Assembly: GCA_043228905.1 (NCBI GenBank)
Contig: JBHGNT010000013.1
Span: 12,028,001-12,092,000, forward strand
Direction of reading: 5' to 3'
DNA from: Azolla caroliniana
Lineage: Eukaryota; Plantae; Polypodiophyta
DNA length: 64,000 bases
Shown here: one piece after another, positions 27,864-38,359 of the stretch
Layout: each line of letters starts with the position of its first letter
Numbering within the stretch: position 1 is the stretch's first letter
The notes under the pieces: model-generated
What the model was told of the DNA's origin: nothing
The model's input: the letters and a program-made list of their open reading frames with translations, nothing else
The model's database searches: none
Position numbers and translations under genes: made by a program

Positions 27864-28211
27864 AAGTAGAACAAGACAAAGATTCATTACATCAGTGGTA
27901 CAAAGATTCATTACATGGAAGTCTACTTCCTCTATATAAGTATCAATAGAAATTCCTAATGAATGAATCGTCCCGTTGATGTATTGTACTCTTCTATCAA
28001 CCAAGTGCACCCTATAGGTGTGATCACTTACGGTGGGAAGTAGAACAAGACAAAGATTCATTACATTAGTGGTACAAAGATTCATTACATGGAAGTCTAC
28101 TTCCTCTATATAAGTATCAATAGAAATTCCTAATGAATGAATCGTCCCGTTGATGTATTGTACTCTTCTATCAACCAAGTGCACCCTATAGGTGTGATCA
28201 CTTACGGTGGG
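27864..28211. repeat. 174-bp tandem duplication inside the element B protease
   Basis: 27864-28037 and 28038-28211 are near-identical (one substitution seen). The 58-aa block is repeated in ORF 27762-28337. Confidence 0.93.
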
Positions 28212-29786
28212 TTGGATTCCCCATATCTGAACCAAACGATCATTCACAAAATTGTGTGAGTTTCCCGAATCAAATAAAAATTGTACGGAAGATCCATTGA
28301 TATACCTGTTTGCACGTAGTAAATCATTGGGTCCCAATACATAGTGAGGGAAAGAACATTGTCAATTACTTAAATGATGTGTATAGACCTCAAGGACATT
28401 AGGAATCTGACCTTTATGGTATGCAACTTTTGCTTTGTTGTCGTGCTCTTTCCGTTGGAGCTTTTGACATTGTTCTTTTGTATGACCCTTCTTTTCGCAG
28501 AATACGCAAAAAGGATGTTGTCGCTTACAATCGTGATCCATGAATTCGTTGGGTGTCTTGTGTTTCCCAACGAATTGCGACTGCTTAGTCTCGGGTGCTT
28601 CGTTGGTTTTGTGATGGTTCTTCTTCGAAGTGTGTTGATAGCAAAGAACTATTTCAATGGCCTCTTCGAAGGATTTTGGATCCTTATCGTGCACTATCCA
28701 GTGATAGTCTGAATTGGGGATGCCATTGACAAAACAAGCTATCAACCAATTGTCCCCTTCGAGACCAGATTTTTGGATTTGGGTTCTAGCATGGTGAACA
28801 TAGTCTTCTAGCGAGGAAAATTTCCAACTAGAGAGGTTCATTAAAGCGTGTGTTGCCTCGGTTCCAAAGGGAGGTTGTAGAAATTGGCCCTTGAAAACTG
28901 TGACAAAATTTGTCAAGGTATCAAGCAATTTCCCCAAAGTTCAGAGTTCACATCACCAGGTGACGGCCTTACCCCCTAGTACTCGGCCGACATATGCAAT
29001 CTTCGTACTATCTAGCGTGGGATAGAGCTCAAAATGAGACTCCCATCGGCCCAGGCACGTGCAGATTGCTTCTTCGGTTCTTTCCTTTTTTTCTCCCGTA
29101 AATGGCTTTACGACAAATGATGGTTCACCTTGACGCTCATCGGGACTATTAGTGTCACGTTGTAAACTAATGACACATGCCTCGAGAGCACTTTGAGATT
29201 GCCAAAGTTCGACATCTGATGAACGATTGAACTAAGGAAATTTTGTATTTGTAAGAAATACGACTCAATGGAGATTGCTCCAGGAGGATTTCCTTGAGTT
29301 CCTTCCGCTTGAACGGATGACATTGGGTCGTTATTCTGAGCCATTGAACGATTATTTCTGGCAAAGAAATAAGATACTGTCAAACAAATAGTCATAACAT
29401 CAAGTCGTGATGTAAACATAACATGGGCCAACATTAATTGATATCATGATCTCACGTCAATACCCCTCTAGATGTATGAGATGAGGTTCAAGATCAGGTT
29501 ACTATGCTAACACAAAGGTGTTTTAAAAACCATGGGGGTGACAAATGAATGTCTTTCCCTAATCTCTATATGTATATCAATTTTTTCATGGCGGCTCCCC
29601 GAGGCTCAACCATGTATGTTTGCATGATGAATAGTTTATACACGAAAAAAATGTTAACAATAAACTATGTTTCTGTGCCCACGTATATGGTTTCGGCTCT
29701 TTAAGTCCTATTACGAGGACCCCGAAGTGCACTTAGACCTAAAGTCTAAACATGTATTATAGTCATATGTATCAACAATGTTGTAT

Positions 29787-29850
29787 GGTCTTGGTCATAT
29801 TTGAACTCGAGACCTCGAGAACAAATGCATTAAACACTTGAGCTAACCAC
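29787..29850 (-). ncRNA. Degenerate tRNA-like (A-box/B-box) remnant in the leader of element B
   Basis: The minus strand reads GTGGTTAGCTCAAGTGTTTAATGCA...GAGGTCTCGAGTTCAAAT. Box spacing is slightly short and there is no full cloverleaf. Confidence 0.35.
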
Positions 29851-30237
29851 ATAGATTACTCGTGTTGAATATTTAACATTTTATGCGTATAAGAGATATG
29901 CAAGGCATTTGCCCATATATGTTTTTTCAAAAGAAACGTATATGTCAAGAGTCCTTATTTCCCTCTCGTTTACCACAAACAATGTTGGTATGTTACCTAA
30001 CCTCAAGTCTTATAATTACGAGGGCATACGCCAAAGTGCAACCTAATGGTCAAGCCAAATGAGCCCTCTTTCGTAATAGGCCCACGTGGCCCATCACATG
30101 GTTACGTCATTACAAATGCCTTTCGTAAGAATGATCTCATGGTGGCATCTTATCCAGGTAATGAGGGAGGGATGTTGGATATGTGTGTCATAGGAGTGAC
30201 CTCACATGAAGTGGGTGTTGGGAACACCGCCATCTAA

Positions 30238-30544
30238 TGCGGAACAAGATCGACACTCTTGTTCTATAAGCTCCTATAAGATCGTCTGTAGATACAAGAT
30301 CATAACATCTATTGCAACAAAGATAAACAATACAAGTAGTACACCAAAGAGAGAGAGACAGTTAGGCCCAATGTAAAGAGTATATTACAACTTAAAGCAA
30401 CAACCCCTAAATGGGTTACAAATAAGTTTATGTATACTGACTGACTTAGAGCAACTCCTTCTCACTATTTACATAAATAGCCTAAGCCTAGTATGTACAA
30501 AAGGACACGGTGTGAATATGTCCATTAGAAGCCCGTATTCAACA
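30238..30544 (-). repeat. Probable 3' LTR of Copia C
   Basis: Ends ...GCCCGTATTCAACA next to a purine tract on the minus strand (ACAAGGAAG). The plus-strand start could be TG at 30238 or 30287. Confidence 0.55.
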
Positions 30545-30919
30545 CTTCCTTGTAATGGGCGTATACATCTGAAATCTGTAGATCGAAATGAATGTACAAT
30601 ACAGATTGATACAAGGTTTACGAACAATTGAGAATTCGTTCGAGTCGGTGAACTCCGAAGTGCAGAAGGCCGGATTGGCCGAGTTCGGAGAGACTGAAGC
30701 CAAAGTTCGAACTGTCAAGGTCTATTGGGGGTCTGTTGTCCGTGAAACGAACATCGATATGCTTGGAGGCGTTGTGATGAACCGGATTTTTCGACAGAGC
30801 AACAACACCTTGATTGTCACTGTAAACAATTGGAGCCGACCTAATTTCGGCTTGTCGGAACGCGCAGGCCAGCTGACCGAGCCATAAGGCCTCTTTCACC
30901 GCATCGGATGCGACTACGT

Positions 30920-31761
30920 TGTTGTGCCTTTCGGCGCTGGATCGTTGCGTGAGTCGGGTGAGAACCGTTGGGGTTTTGGATTAGGAGGAGGAAGAATATG
31001 AGACAAGTTTAGTTATGAATATGAATCGATTATAAGAAAGAGAGATAGAAACTTGTGAATCCCACAAGTATAGTTGTTTTAGTTTATCTTAATCGTAGTA
31101 ATAAATTTAAATAGTTTAGAATAGATTAAAGTAGATTGAGAAAAGAGATCAAAACTTGTGAATCCCACAAGTATTATATTAATCAATATTTAAGTAAGAA
31201 TATGAATGTAGATTGAAAGAGAAGGATATAGAAACCTCGTGAATCCCACGAATATAGTTTATTAATTGATGTTTTTAGAAATATATCCAATTTCCAAATA
31301 TTCCACACCCTATTACATTGTGCTCCCCATCCTTATATAGTGATGAGAGCGTCTTGGCAATCCATGCTTTTTCTCTAATTATGCCCTCCATGCTTTATCT
31401 ATAAATAGGCTATATGCTTTCTCTAACATGCTTTTTCTAACCTCATGCATTTTTATTGACTATAGTGTTCATGCATGCTAGATGTGCATGTGTAGCTTTT
31501 TTATATCATGCGTTTTTCTTCTAACTAAAGCTTTTTCCTAGAAAATATGCATGGAAAAAAAATGTCTATGTGGGATATCTTTTGTTTTTAAAATGTGTTA
31601 GTGTAATGGTAAGGCCTTTACATTATTAACATAGAGGTACAAGGTTCGAATCTTGCCCTCTGCATGTAATATATATTTTGATATTTCTTTCTTTTTCTTC
31701 ATATTTATTCAATTTGTTATTTTATACATTTTCCACGTAGTGTACAAAATACACTACGACA
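30920..31761 (-). mobile_element. Solo LTR (842 bp) of the Trp-primed Gypsy group, 4-bp TSD ACGT
   Basis: TGTTGTG...CTACGACA flanked by ACGT (30916-30919, 31762-31765). Removing it restores STTEAEYVVASDAVKEALWL of Copia C. GAACCGTTGGGGTTTTGGA resembles the reverse of the G LTR 3' end. Confidence 0.92.
31592..31680 (+). ncRNA. tRNA-like Pol III cassette inside the solo LTR
   Basis: A box TAGTGTAATGGTAAG at 31599 and B box GGTTCGAATCT at 31643 (44-nt spacing), followed by T-runs at about 31676-31696. Confidence 0.65.
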
Positions 31762-31878
31762 ACGTATTCGGCCTCGGTTGTTGATGTGGCGGTGCACTCC
31801 TGAAGTTTCGATTTCCATGAGGTCGCTCCATTGCCGAGTTTAAAACAATATCAGGTTGTTGATTTACGGTTCTCTATG

Positions 31879-32093
31879 TGTTGGGAAATCGGGCCCTCCG
31901 GATGGGATCCAGTGATGAATGAAGAGGACTCGGTGAGAACCGGAAGAGAAGACATATTTGTAAATATGTTATGAGTAAGCCTATTGAGGCTATATTTGTA
32001 AATAGCCCTAAGTTCATATAAGTATAAATATGACTTAGGGCAATCACTTTATATGAGTGTTGTAGCCATATTGTTGTATGTGCATAATTGTTG

Positions 32094-32130
<37 letters not shown>

Positions 32131-32388
32131 TAGCTACGAGCACTTTTTGTTGTAACCGCCGTCTGGCGAAGATCGTGAGCACGAGGTCATTGCCTCTATG
32201 TTTCCACTTTGTACTTCCTCTCATATAGTGATAGTTCGGAGTCCGTGGGCTCCCGTGGTTTTTTCTCGATTAGGGTTTTCCACACAAACTTCCTGTGTAC
32301 TCTCTACTTCCCATTTTTGTGTTTCATTCTCATTGAAGTGATTCAAGACTCGGTTGTGACCGAGCAGTATTACGCGCTATCCTCCACA
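31879..32388 (+). repeat. 5' LTR of Copia D
   Basis: TGTTGGG...CCTCCACA, matching 45091-45602. Confidence 0.95.
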
Positions 32389-32417
32389 ATCTAGTATTAG
32401 AGCTAACAACACAGGAA

Positions 32418-35279
32418 ATGGAAGAATCATTCGACGACATGTTCAAGCTCACCAGCTCCAACTACTCAGTGTGGAAGTCGACGATAAGGGATATGATGGT
32501 GGTTAAAGATCTTTGGTTGTCGGTTCAGTTCTGGGACGAGAGACCGGATAAGATCGACGCCATAGGGTGGGAGGTGATGCACATGAAGACGACGACATAC
32601 ATCTGGTGCTTCATCGACATGAGCTTGTACAACAACTTCAATGAAGAGAGCAAGGCTCATGAACTCTAGGAGAAGATCGGCATCATGTTCCAGAACAAGA
32701 ATGCCGTTAATCGGGTTTCGGTATTCCGGAAGCTAGTGAGGCTTTGGTACCAGGACGACTCCAGTATGCGGAGCACATGAATGCCTTCCAAGGGCTAATA
32801 CACCAAGCAACCTCATTTGAAGTACCTCTTTCCGATGAGGTACTCGCATTAGTCCTGCTCGGTTCCCTCCCGGATAGTTGGGAGATGCTAGTTGTCACAT
32901 TGGGCAACGCCGGGCCGGAAGGAAAGCAGTTGTCCCTAGCAAGGGTAAAATCAAGCTTGCTAGATGAAGAGGCTTGCTGGAAGGACCGGGAGTCCGGAAC
33001 CGATCTAAAGGCCTTGGTCACAAAAGATGACTACAACTGGGGAAGAGGCCAATATCGGAGTCCCCAAAACCAGGACAAGTTGGGGACGAGGTCGAAGTCA
33101 AGGGGGAGGCCTACTTGCTTCTATTGTGGGAAGCCGGGGAATTTCCAGAAGAACTGTTGGCATTTCCGGAAAGAGAAAGAAACCGACACTACCAATTCGA
33201 AGAAGAGTTCGGACCGAAACGGTTCGGACCGGAGAGGCCCGGATTGGAAAGGAACGTCGGCAATCGCGACAAGTGAAGAGGAACTGATGCTCATTACCGA
33301 GGAGAATGAGTTAAACCTTGTTGGCGACGAGACAACGTGGGTTGTCGATTCCGGAGCGTCGTTCCACTTGACACCGGATCGGAAATGCTTGTAATCCTAC
33401 ACAGTTGGTGATCATGGTTGTGTTCGGATGGGGAATGAAGGTACATGCCGAATTATCGGCATAGAAGATGTGTTGTTGACGACATCAACCGGATGCAAGT
33501 TGTTGCTGAAGAATGTCTGACACGTTCCGGAGGTTCGACTGAACCTAATATCAGCTGATCAGCTAGATGATGAAGGCTACACGGGTAGCATCCGTAATGG
33601 AGTCATGTTCTGCAAAGGGAGCCTAATAATGGCTCGAGCCCGGAAGGTCAACACATTGTACTTGATGAATGCCTGGATCTACCGGGAAGAAGTGAACGTA
33701 GCATCTGACACTGCCGGTGAGCTGTGGCACAAGAGACTGTGTCATATGAGCCAGAAAGGGATGAGAAGACTTGTCGAAGACAACCTCATTCCGGAGGTGA
33801 AAGACGTGCTCCTTGAGAAGTGCACCGATTTCTTGGCCGGCAAGCAAAACCGAACCTCCTTCCGGTCAAGACCACCGATGAGACGGAATGCACCACTGGA
33901 GTTGGTGCATACCGATGTGTGTCAAGTGGACATGAAGTCACATGCCGGATCGCAGTACTTTGTGACATTCATAGATGACCACCACCGGAAGCCGTGGGTC
34001 TCACCATTGAAGACGAATGATCAAGTGTTGTCTGTCTTCAAGGCACTCCACGTGAGAGTGGAAAGAGAAACCGGTCGGAAGCTGAAGGCGGTTCGAGCGA
34101 ACAATGGAGGAGAATATCTGGGGCAATTCGAGGAGTACTGCCGGTCGAAGGGAATCCGGCTCGAATTTACCGTGCTGAAGACGCTGGAACTAAATGGTTA
34201 GGCTGAACGGATGAACCAGACCATGATGGAGAGAGTCCGGAGCATGCTGGCACATGCAAAGTTACCCAAGACATTTTGGGCTAAGGCGCTGATGACGACA
34301 ACCTATGTGATAAACAGATCACCCTCAACACCCTTGGAAGAAGACTCACTGTAGAAAGTATGGACCGGTAAAGATGTATCTTACCGGCATCTGAAGGTGT
34401 TCGGGTGTCTCGTTTACGTGCATGTGGCGAAGGACAATAGAGCAAAGCTGGATCCGAAGTCCCGGCCATGCGTATTCCTTGGATACAACAATGATGAGTT
34501 CGGTTACCGGGTATGGGATCTGGTCGACAAGGAGGTGTTCCGGAGTTGGGACATAGTCTTCATGGAAGACAAGACCATTGTCGGCTGTGAGTCAGAGAAG
34601 AAGGTGATGAACTCTGGATCATCCAATGAAAACTGGCTAGAGGACACATCGACTTACCCGGTTGAAAACCGGATGTTAGCCGGTAACTGGATGAAAATCG
34701 ACGAACCAGTCGGATACGGACAAGAAACCAAACCGACCGAAGAAGAAAAAGAAGAAGAAGAAGAAGAAGAAGAAGAAGAAAAAGAAGAAGAAGAAGAAGA
34801 TGAAGAAGAAGAAGAAACCGGAACCGGACAAGATCCCGAATCGAACTCAGATGAGGAACAAACGGAGGAACCGGTAGTCAGAAACCAAGGACGGAGATAT
34901 CCTCTCCGAGAGAGAAGAGCCCCCCGGAGATTTCCGGATGGAGAGCATGTGTTGCTAACCGATGAGGGGGGGCGGAAAGCTTCGAAGAAGCAAAGAGAGA
35001 CACCCACAACCGCAAGTGGTTGAGTGTCATGCAGGACGAGATGGATTCCCTGCATGAGAACCACACTTATGAAATGACGGAGTTGCCGAAAGGGAAGAGA
35101 TCACTCTGGAACAAGTGGGTGTACAAGTTAAAACCAGGAGGCACCGGAAATCCACCAAGGTACAAAGCCCGGATCGTGGTGAAGGGTTTCCAACAGAAGA
35201 AAGGAGCGGACTTCGATAAGACTTTTGCCCCGGTAATTAAGATGACTTCCATTGAGACGGTGTTGAGCATAGCAACAAG
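32418..35279 (+). pseudogene. Copia D gag-PR-INT and RT start
   Basis: CFYCGKPGNFQKNC, WVVDSGASFH, LWHKRLCH, LVHTDVC, KARIVVKGFQQ. Several stops. Confidence 0.95.
34739..34816 (+). repeat. (GAA)n tract encoding poly-Glu in the Copia D INT-RT linker
   Basis: About 26 GAA-like triplets in frame. Confidence 0.95.
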
Positions 35280-35588
35280 TAGGGCCTGAATTTGACGGGT
35301 TGGTCTTTAAGTTTTTTGACGGGCACTTTTTAAAGATGTATGTCATATGACACGAGAGTGCCAAAACTAACATGTCATTTGACATACAAGTTTTAATAAT
35401 GAAAAGCATATGATGCTTGAACTATAGAAAGTATACAAATATACACAAATAAACATAACTACCTCACAAAGATAATGAAATCATACAAATTGAATATTTA
35501 AATCATCATATATTTCTTAAAACCCAAAAAACACAAAAAATGTTTATCATATTGTGACTCCTCATATTAAGCATTGTAAAATATGTGT

Positions 35589-37832
35589 CTACTTCAATGA
35601 TAATATCCTTCTCTCTTTTTCTTCATACCAAAGGTTAAATATATCCCTCCAACAAATGTTTGATGTATCTTGAGCATTCAAGGATATAAACATCAAAGCA
35701 TCTAAAGTTTCCAAAGATAAACCGTTTCTAATATCATTTTTTATGATATTTTGACGTGAAAAACCTCGTTCACATGTTGTTGTACTAATAGGAATAGTCA
35801 TGCATAGTTGCCACAATTGCATAATACCCGGAAATAATTGCCACCAAGATTGTGCTTTGCAACAAATATCCCATACATCATGCATTCCTCTTCCTTTAGC
35901 AATTCTAACAAGCATACCAACAAAATCTTCTCGTTCATTGAAGCATCTTTTCATGTCAACAATTTGCCTATCAATATTAAAATTCCCAATAAGTTTGTGC
36001 AACCATTCCGTTGTCTTTTTCTCTCTTTCATTTTCCTCAATGGGATATGAAGACGGATTAAACAACTTTACAACATTGAAAAATGTAACATCCGGGAGAT
36101 GATTGTTTAAGGCATCAATAACATGTTGGACAAAGTCCTTTCCAATGCTAATGCATTCATCCAAACTACCATTTTCCACATTACCATGAAACATATTCAA
36201 GTTGAAATCACTATCTTCATTCTCACTATCAAGACCACTTACTAGTCTTCTTGATCGTTTTGTTACCTCTTTTGGGTTTGGAATTGGTATAAACTTCAAT
36301 GGATGTGAATGAGTAAGATTATCACATCCAATATATGTGAGTATGCCATCTTTCACATGATCTAGAAAGTTTGCAAGAAACATAGACCCGGTACCAAATG
36401 TTTCACAAGATAAATATCGTCTTCGAAGTTTCTCATGGATGATATCCAAGTGAACACCAAGCATAATTACATCCATTAATTCCCTTTGGAACTGCTCATT
36501 TAATTTATTTAATTCCACAAGAATATCTGCCAATAGGTGTAACATAAATTGCACTTGGAATATAGTAGCATACTTGTACCATTTTTTCTCATGTTTTTCC
36601 AATTGTTCTAAAATTGCATGCATAAGTGTAACTAGTCTCTCCATTACTTGGCCTCGAGATAACCATCTTATGGAGTGAATTTTAAGCACCTTCAAATCAC
36701 CCTTACCATGTTGTTTCATTATTTCTTTTCGCTCCTTGTGTCTATTAGTTGACTTTCCCAACCAAGAGTATACTTTATTTGCAAATGCATCAAGGAAGCT
36801 AAACACATGTGCATGAGACATTATATATGCATCTTTTATGGCAAGTGCTTCACGATGTGCAATGCAATGCACTCCCAAAATATTAGGCATCATGGATTGA
36901 AACTTAGAAATTGCTCCATTGTTCTTACCTACCATAGATGATGCCCCATCACTTGCAAAAGCCACTAGTTTTTTTAAATCTAAATTGCTCTCCAAAATGA
37001 ATTCATTGATAGTATTATAGATACCTTCAACTTTCCCATTTTCCACCGGAAGAAGATGCACAAATTTACATTGTGGCTCCCCTTTGCCACCTTCACTTAA
37101 GTACAAGACATAGATAATGAGGTGTTTTTCCAATGTCCGATCGGTGCTTTCATCAATCAAGATGGAGAAAAATGGACTACCACGAATTTCATCATACAAG
37201 AGTTTTCTTGTGTGGTTCTTAATAGCCATTAAGAATTCTCTTGCAGATTTAGCATTAGCATAAGCACCATATTCATTTGAGGCAGGGGCATTTGGAGTAC
37301 CAAGTTCTCTTTGTAACTGACATTGTTTTACATATTTCTCTAACGGAATATCATTACAAGCATAAAAATGAACCAACTTCATGCATAAGATTATCCTCTC
37401 ATTTTCTAAATGCATGATTTCTGAAATTTTGTCATCCATTGAGCCTTTCACATTTGCATTTTCCTTTTGTATCTTTACATGATACATAGCACTTGCTATT
37501 ACATGGTCGGATGACTTAGAATGCTCATTCAATGATGACAATTGCATGCTAAGCGATCCACCATATGTAAAAACATTATTCCTTCTCGCATCTTCACACC
37601 ACATGCATTTTATTTTTTCATCACCTAATAAGGACTTTGTCAAATATGCCCATGGGTGGAGCAAAGTCCACTGGTTTCTCCACTTTCTTTTTGTTTTATT
37701 AGAAGACGTTGACACATTTACATTTGTGACTACCTCTTCATCATTATTTGGAGTATCATAAAGATGTGCTTTCTTGCAAAACACACTCTTAATAGAAGGT
37801 TGGTGTGATCTATGTTTTTTGGGGCAGGACAT
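35589..37832 (-). CDS. hAT transposase (ZNF862-like), 747 aa from MSCPKK, uninterrupted ORF
   Basis: TTF-like zinc finger (W..HPW...CMWC...H....H), D1 in SILIDESTD, D2 in FASDGAS, HCIAH, RWLS, E in CERGFS, and a C-terminal dimerisation region. Confidence 0.92.
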   Translation of the reverse strand: MSCPKKHRSHQPSIKSVFCKKAHLYDTPNNDEEVVTNVNVSTSSNKTKRKWRNQWTLLHPWAYLTKSLLGDEKIKCMWCEDARRNNVFTYGGSLSMQLSSLNEHSKSSDHVIASAMYHVKIQKENANVKGSMDDKISEIMHLENERIILCMKLVHFYACNDIPLEKYVKQCQLQRELGTPNAPASNEYGAYANAKSAREFLMAIKNHTRKLLYDEIRGSPFFSILIDESTDRTLEKHLIIYVLYLSEGGKGEPQCKFVHLLPVENGKVEGIYNTINEFILESNLDLKKLVAFASDGASSMVGKNNGAISKFQSMMPNILGVHCIAHREALAIKDAYIMSHAHVFSFLDAFANKVYSWLGKSTNRHKERKEIMKQHGKGDLKVLKIHSIRWLSRGQVMERLVTLMHAILEQLEKHEKKWYKYATIFQVQFMLHLLADILVELNKLNEQFQRELMDVIMLGVHLDIIHEKLRRRYLSCETFGTGSMFLANFLDHVKDGILTYIGCDNLTHSHPLKFIPIPNPKEVTKRSRRLVSGLDSENEDSDFNLNMFHGNVENGSLDECISIGKDFVQHVIDALNNHLPDVTFFNVVKLFNPSSYPIEENEREKKTTEWLHKLIGNFNIDRQIVDMKRCFNEREDFVGMLVRIAKGRGMHDVWDICCKAQSWWQLFPGIMQLWQLCMTIPISTTTCERGFSRQNIIKNDIRNGLSLETLDALMFISLNAQDTSNICWRDIFNLWYEEKERRILSLK

Positions 37833-38202
37833 GTTGAGAATCAAGCTCAACTTGGTCTAGTGTGTGAACTCACCTTGAGAGTGAAGAGACACCTCAACGG
37901 TCAAGAGTCACCATTATGTCACCACTTTGTATTCTAGCATTTAGTATGAGTCATAGAATCATATTCTATGACACATAACTTATGAGCTTTCACATTCCCC
38001 ATGCTCCATGAGCCTTGTAGTTAATGAAGAGAGAGGGTGACTACATAAAGCACCCTCCTCCCACCTTGTACAATGTTGTGTCTTTCTCCTTTGTCAATAT
38101 ACCTTTACTCTGCGTATTCCTTGTCTCTCTCTCTCTCTCTCATACACACACATAACTCATAACACTTCCGCTTCACAAGAATCAATCTCTTGATTCTTTT
38201 CA
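37832..38202 (+). repeat. 5' LTR of Copia E
   Basis: TGTTGAGA...CTTTTCA; its 3' part is repeated at 42762-42960. Confidence 0.95.
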
Positions 38203-38359
38203 TGGTATCAGAGCGATTTGGTAGCTCAATCTAGCCCATTCGCCTCATCGTGATTGTGTGTTGTGCTCCACGCCGACGACCAAGAACCGGCTCATCGCTA
38301 TTGTAGCTTCGCTACATAGCTCGCATTCGAAGAGAGAAGAAGAGAAGAAGAATCGACAT

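Larger units (their letters stand above)
13318..30237 (-). mobile_element. Element B: Ty3/Gypsy chromovirus (group II chromodomain), degenerate, interrupted by Copia A
   Basis: Domain order is gag (CVFCEKKGHTKEQC, 28362-28937), PR (FLFDSGNSHNF), RT (27247-27879, 26839-27207), RH, INT (25489-26463) and chromodomain (PERILDVK...KIKW). The chromodomain tail continues left of Copia A at 13812-13751, followed by PPT AAAGAGGGGGAG and the LTR. The 5' LTR is not found in the window, and the left boundary is approximate. Confidence 0.85.

Noticed and set aside
37833-37850. Listed N-terminus MSLILN of the 753-aa ORF
   Set aside because: These codons lie inside the Copia E LTR, and the genuine start is MSCPKK at 37832.
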